In this document: piece after piece, positions 63,394-64,000 of the stretch
Layout: each line of letters opens with the position of its first letter
Position numbering within the stretch: the first letter of the stretch is position 1
NCBI GenBank assembly: GCA_025998875.1
Contig: AP024675.1
Span: forward strand, 1,178,978 to 1,242,977
Direction of reading: 5' to 3'
Source of the DNA: Bacteroidota bacterium
GTDB lineage: Bacteria > Bacteroidota > Rhodothermia > JANXDC01
DNA length: 64,000 nt
Notes under the pieces: model-generated
Told to the model about the DNA's origin: nothing
The model's input: the letters and a program-made list of their open reading frames with translations, nothing else
Database searches by the model: none
Program-made: the position numbers and the translations under genes

Positions 63394-64000
63394 GGGAGGC
63401 GATTGCGCGCTGCAATGGGCCACCGCTCGCATACCCGAAGGTTCTCCTCCACGAAGAAGGAGTCAAACAACGGGGGCAACACGCAGGCGTGTACGGGAAA
63501 GATGCGCACCCGGCTGCCTACCCGCAACGAACTATGCCGCGGGGCGCGAACCCAGCCGTGTTCCTCCGAGAGCGCATAGAGCACGGTGTCCGGATACGGA
63601 TAGGCGGTCTCCGGATCGGCCACGATGCCATAGCCGGTCAGAAGAGGGTGGGTATCCGTAGTGAGCGCTTTCTTGCCCGCATCGATGTACAGCCGTACGC
63701 CGTCGGGCTCCTCGTGCCGGCTGATCACGGTGGCCAGCACGGAAAGCGCCACCTCATCGAGCTCACAGCTGCCCAGAGCCACCTGCATGGCGTCGAAAAA
63801 AACGTAGTTTCCGGGCCGGATCTCCGTCACCGCCGGCTGGCCGGCGGGCTCAAAATGCACGGCCGTGGGCGTAGACCCTATGCTGATCTCCGAGACGGGA
63901 AATCCACGCAAGCGCAACAGGCCGGCCAGGGTCTGTATCCGATCTCGCTCCTCTAGGCTCGTCTTGCGGGCGTGTTCCCGACTGCTGGCTCGATCTGTGC
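63390..64000 (-). CDS. D-threonine aldolase / DSD1-type PLP enzyme (fold type III), 5' truncated by window end
   Basis: SIGSTPT, EIRPGNYVFFD, IDAGKKALTTD, LSEEHG, PVHAC; frame open to the window edge. Confidence 0.85.
   Translation of the reverse strand, partial: TDRASSREHARKTSLEERDRIQTLAGLLRLRGFPVSEISIGSTPTAVHFEPAGQPAVTEIRPGNYVFFDAMQVALGSCELDEVALSVLATVISRHEEPDGVRLYIDAGKKALTTDTHPLLTGYGIVADPETAYPYPDTVLYALSEEHGWVRAPRHSSLRVGSRVRIFPVHACVLPPLFDSFFVEENLRVCERWPIAARNRLP

Overview
This is an almost entirely core-genome window from a high-GC bacterium (roughly two-thirds GC by eye, not computed) of the Bacteroidota/Rhodothermota (FCB) lineage. The placement rests on the split atp operon preceded by bactofilin, long N-terminal AtpB, the NagB-PIG-L fusion, the alternative GlmU, DUF2851/DUF4905/DUF5916, and a recurring TTG-N20/21-TAnnTTYN promoter. 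It contains atpZIBEFHAG, tRNA-Ser(GCT), tRNA-Leu(TAG), pyrF, serS, rpmE, rsmB, sdhCDA-orf-B, ldcA-purN/purH-mreBCD-mrdA-rodA, mdh, nagB, rplM-rpsI, rpsB-tsf-pyrH-frr-dnaE, an accessory block of serine hydrolases/permease/crotonase, sucD, a PDZ-LytS/LytTR pair, a VPS10-type protein and two PLP enzymes at the end. I found no rRNA, CRISPR, transposase, integrase or prophage. I did not find one unmistakable new system. The best leads are: (1) a ~95-nt putative RNA with its own consensus promoter and terminator between sdhB and ldcA; (2) a 65-aa two-helix membrane ORF translationally coupled inside the succinate dehydrogenase operon; (3) an in-frame PurN-PurH fusion; (4) an operon encoding a class A beta-lactamase-fold protein lacking Glu166, an APC permease and a crotonase with a His/Asp dyad. 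Family assignments come from motif recognition by eye, and no database searches were run.
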